Source: Selaginella moellendorffii
Taxonomy: Eukaryota > Plantae > Lycopodiophyta
Assembly (NCBI RefSeq): GCF_000143415.4
Contig: NW_003314395.1
Coordinates: forward strand, 186,768 to 250,767
Length of the DNA: 64,000 bases
Direction of reading: 5' to 3'
Within the stretch, counting starts at the first letter, position 1, and each line of letters begins with the position of its first letter. The notes under the pieces are model-generated. The model saw only the letters and a list, made by a program, of their open reading frames with translations. It was not told the origin of the DNA and did not search any database. Below are positions 61,084-64,000 of this stretch, in pieces. Made by a program: the position numbers and the translations under genes.

Positions 61084-61836
61084 TTGTTTTGTGTTACCAC
61101 GTTCAGTAAGTTCTGTGATCCATCGAGTACTTTTTCTATACCAAAACTTTGATCCCAGAACTTTTGTCTCTCGCATTTCGAGGTGGCGTCTCCATCTCTG
61201 CCTCCAGATTGGGGGTAATGCATGGCATGAGCTCCCCATATGGTGCTGGCACTCGCTTTTGAGAGTCGAGCTTCTTGAGCTCACCCATCTAAAAAAAGCC
61301 AAACTTCCACGATCAGAACATGAAACTTTGGTTCAGCAAACTTCTGAATCACCATCGTAACTAGAGCGTCTGATAGTAAATATCGACCATTCCAAGTGCT
61401 CTAGGGAATTCACAGTCATTTCTATAATTCACAGTCAGTCATACTGTGCCTTTTCCCGTCGGAACGTTTCCAAACTTTGTGTTAATGCCTTCCCTCTAGC
61501 CAGGCATTTTAGTTAACCTCCCTGAATCTTTCAAAGGCCGAAAGAAAAAAGAAAGGTAAATACCTTTCCGATGTTCGTGAATGTCGACGACGGAATAAAA
61601 TGCGTGGTGTATGAGCACGATTGCAACGGTCGTGGGAGAAGACTCTAGCCTTTGTGCGCACAGCTGCATCCATAGCCGTTGAAAAGCAACATCATATCTA
61701 AACTAAATTTCATAGTAGTAATGAAGAAAGATGCGAAGTGCTAGTCTACACTAGATAGAAAACCATATTTTGCTGGAATAAATGGATTGATATGTGGTGG
61801 ACGTGCTTTCACATACATGCTGATTACTTTTGCTGA

Positions 61837-61909
61837 GGGGGTGTAGCTCAGATGGTAGAGCGATTGCTTCGCATGCGATAGGTAAGGGGATTGATGCCCC
61901 TCACCTCCA
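61837..61909 (+). tRNA. trnA-CGC: tRNA-Ala(CGC), second copy with damaged B box (possible pseudogene)
   Basis: Same sequence with two C>T changes at CpG sites (anticodon stem and T-loop GATTGAT); oligo-T terminator. Confidence 0.75.
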
Positions 61910-61998
61910 TTTTTTTGGTCATGGTTGAAAAGGTAAAATCGGAAAATGCCGGATCAAAAGCATTTCTCCTCTCTATTATCTTCACTTAAATTTGGAAG

Positions 61999-62064
61999 TG
62001 GAGGAGAGGGGCATCGATCCCCTTACCTATCGCATGCAAAGCGATCGCTCTACCATCTGAGCTC
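61999..62064 (-). pseudogene. 5'-truncated tRNA-Ala pseudogene (anticodon TGC)
   Basis: Reverse complement matches the copies above from the D-arm onward; the 5' strand of the acceptor stem is missing. Confidence 0.8.
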
Positions 62065-62431
62065 AAAATTACAAGAAATTTGAGTCCACTCTTTTAAGGT
62101 CCAACGAATTTGTTCAATGGCATCGACCACGAAGATCTCCCACAAAGATCTGCAAGCTACTTTTGGATTTTAATCAAATCCCAGCTCTCATCCAGTTCAT
62201 AATGTTAGAATCGAGGATCATGTTTCTTGCAGTACGATGGTCCTACCATTCATTCGAGAAAATCAAAGATGAGGAATAAGGAATATTTGACTATTCTTAA
62301 TAATTAGAATTTGTTAACGATGGTTAAGATTTAGGGCTTGCGAGGAGCAAGCCATCGCAGGAAATGTAAGCGCCTATCACTGTTTCCGATCGATCGCGAG
62401 CGAAATCTCTCCTCTTCTAACTCTGCTGCAG

Positions 62432-63583
62432 ATGGAGGCGATGCTGAAAATCGTCCTGGCGATGCTTGTGGCGGCTCTCGTCGCCGCGCGGGGACTTGTG
62501 AAGAAATCCCTCTCGCCATCGGGAGCTGTGGCGGGTTTCGTGGTGCTATCGCTGTCCATGGCCTCGGGAATCCGGTAGAAATCTTGTCCTGGTTGTGTGG
62601 GAATTCTTTTCTGTGCTTCTTTGTTCTTGGACTGTTGTGTGTTGAAATTCTTTTTTTGCTTTTCAAGGTTTGGAGCTCTCGTCCTGGCGTTTTACTTGAG
62701 TTCCTCGTTCCTCACGAAGTATAAGTCCGATGAAAAACGAGGCGTGGACGACGATTTCAAGGAGGGTGGCCAACGAGACTGGTAAGTTTGTAGATTTTGC
62801 CCAAGGTTTTCCTACTTTGTGAGTTTGTTCTTGTAGAGAGTGTTGAATAAATTCTTTTCGTAGGCTCCAGGTTCTTGCCAACAGTGCGGGTGGAACTTTG
62901 CTATCGCTCGCTGTGGTATATTATACTGGCTGGGAAGACAAGTGTATGGATTCCAAGGGGGATGCTCTTGTCACTGGCCTTCTCGGAGGAATTCTCGGCT
63001 ACTATGCTTGCTGCGCGGGAGATACTTGGTCGTCCGAGGTTGGAGTCCTTAGCAAAAGCCAACCACGCTTGATCACGACAATGCAGGCAAGCAAAGGAAA
63101 AACTTCGAGAGTGAATTCCTTGAAACTTTATCTTTGTCTTTCAGGTGGTGCCTCGAGGTACCAACGGTGGAGTTACACTGCTGGGAACTGCTGCTGCTGC
63201 TGTTGGAGGAGCTTTCATCGGTCTGGTTTACGTTCTAACAGGGATGCTCACGACTCCATGTCGAGGAAGCACGATGCTTCGCCAGTGGGAGGCTTTGCCG
63301 CTTGGATGCCTCGCAGGATTCATTGGTAGCTTAATGGATTCGCTGCTTGGAGCAACCGTCCAGTTCTCTGGAATGTGCAAAGTGAGAAAGAAGGCAAGTT
63401 TCTTGAAAGCTTTTGCTAGTTCTCTTGTTTACAATCTCTGCCGTGGAACAGGTTGTGGGAAAACCAGGGCCGACTGTAAAACGAATTACTGGAGAGGATT
63501 TTCTGAGCAATAACGGTGTGAATTTCGCCTCCGCGTTGCTTACTTCTTTGGTAACTGCTGCGATTAGCCTGCTCGTCTTCTAA
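62432..63583 (+). CDS. DUF92/TMEM19 (PGR-like) membrane protein
   Basis: Motifs KKSLSPSGA, SSSFLTK, FKEGGQRDW|LQVLAN, ACCAGDTWSSEVG, VPRGTNGGVT, GSLMDSLLGATVQ and LSNNGVN. Confidence 0.92.
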
Positions 63584-64000
63584 GAAGTCGGCTGGGCTTT
63601 CGGTGGCTAAATAACAAGATAACCTTTTAACAAACTCTCGAGAGAAGAGAGAAGAAGAGAAGGTTGACGTGTCTGACATGAATCTCTCCAGCACGGCAAT
63701 CCAAGCGACAGGTACTTTATATTTTTTTTATATGCTTCACTTTAAACGTTTCTCGAGGACTAATATACCAAAATTCTACTGTGGAGGGGAGCTCTTCCAC
63801 TGCAGACGTATCCTTGAGAGTCCCTTGTGAATTCCTTCTCTTTCAAAAAACTTTCCTTCTCATCCGTCTAGAGCAGACAACAAGACAGTTGAGATGATGA
63901 AAGCCGGTAAGATATTTACAATTTGGCTGATGATGATCAATAAAGGTACATAACTTCGCCTTGTGTTGTACTAGATTTTTACTTCTCAGTACTAAAATGA

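Noticed and set aside
63730-64000. Possible 3' end of a minus-strand gene at the window edge
   Set aside because: Too short to identify.

Overview
Very compact, intron-rich land-plant nuclear DNA. Introns are mostly 50-90 bp, intergenic gaps are often 100-300 bp, and there is a PLS-type PPR remnant; this is most consistent with a lycophyte such as Selaginella (inference). (1) 1-16.8 kb is a recently rearranged accessory zone. A ~4.6 kb block (orphan multi-TM gene, intronless Ser/Thr kinase, secreted dirigent/AOC-like gene, second TM gene, DUF455 5' end) is tandemly duplicated. It carries templated insertions, a micro-inversion, deletion-collapsed gene copies, an ANKRD13 fragment and a full-length PIF/Harbinger transposon. 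(2) 16-24.5 kb holds a DUF455 ferritin-like gene, a BAHD acyltransferase, FabZ, an intronless, apparently intact Dit1/PvcA-family isocyanide synthase gene of fungal type (top finding; probable horizontal transfer), and a third kinase copy. (3) 24.6-37 kb holds housekeeping genes: LSD1/LOL1, an in-frame MTI-MTK methionine-salvage fusion, ACLB, a RING-H2 ligase, KNL2 and RPS23. (4) 37.2-46 kb is a nested TE island: a putative Helitron contains a tRNA-Ala-primed Ty3/Gypsy element, which contains a 3-LTR Cassandra (5S-rRNA-bearing TRIM) array. (5) 46-64 kb holds a CID/RPRD gene, an uncharacterised ATP-grasp-like gene, an ASCC1-like 2H phosphoesterase, the primase large subunit, an F-box/kelch gene, a membrane-anchored hevein-domain protein, a tRNA-Ala cluster and TMEM19/PGR. 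All calls come from reading the sequence and recalled family motifs; no database searches were run.
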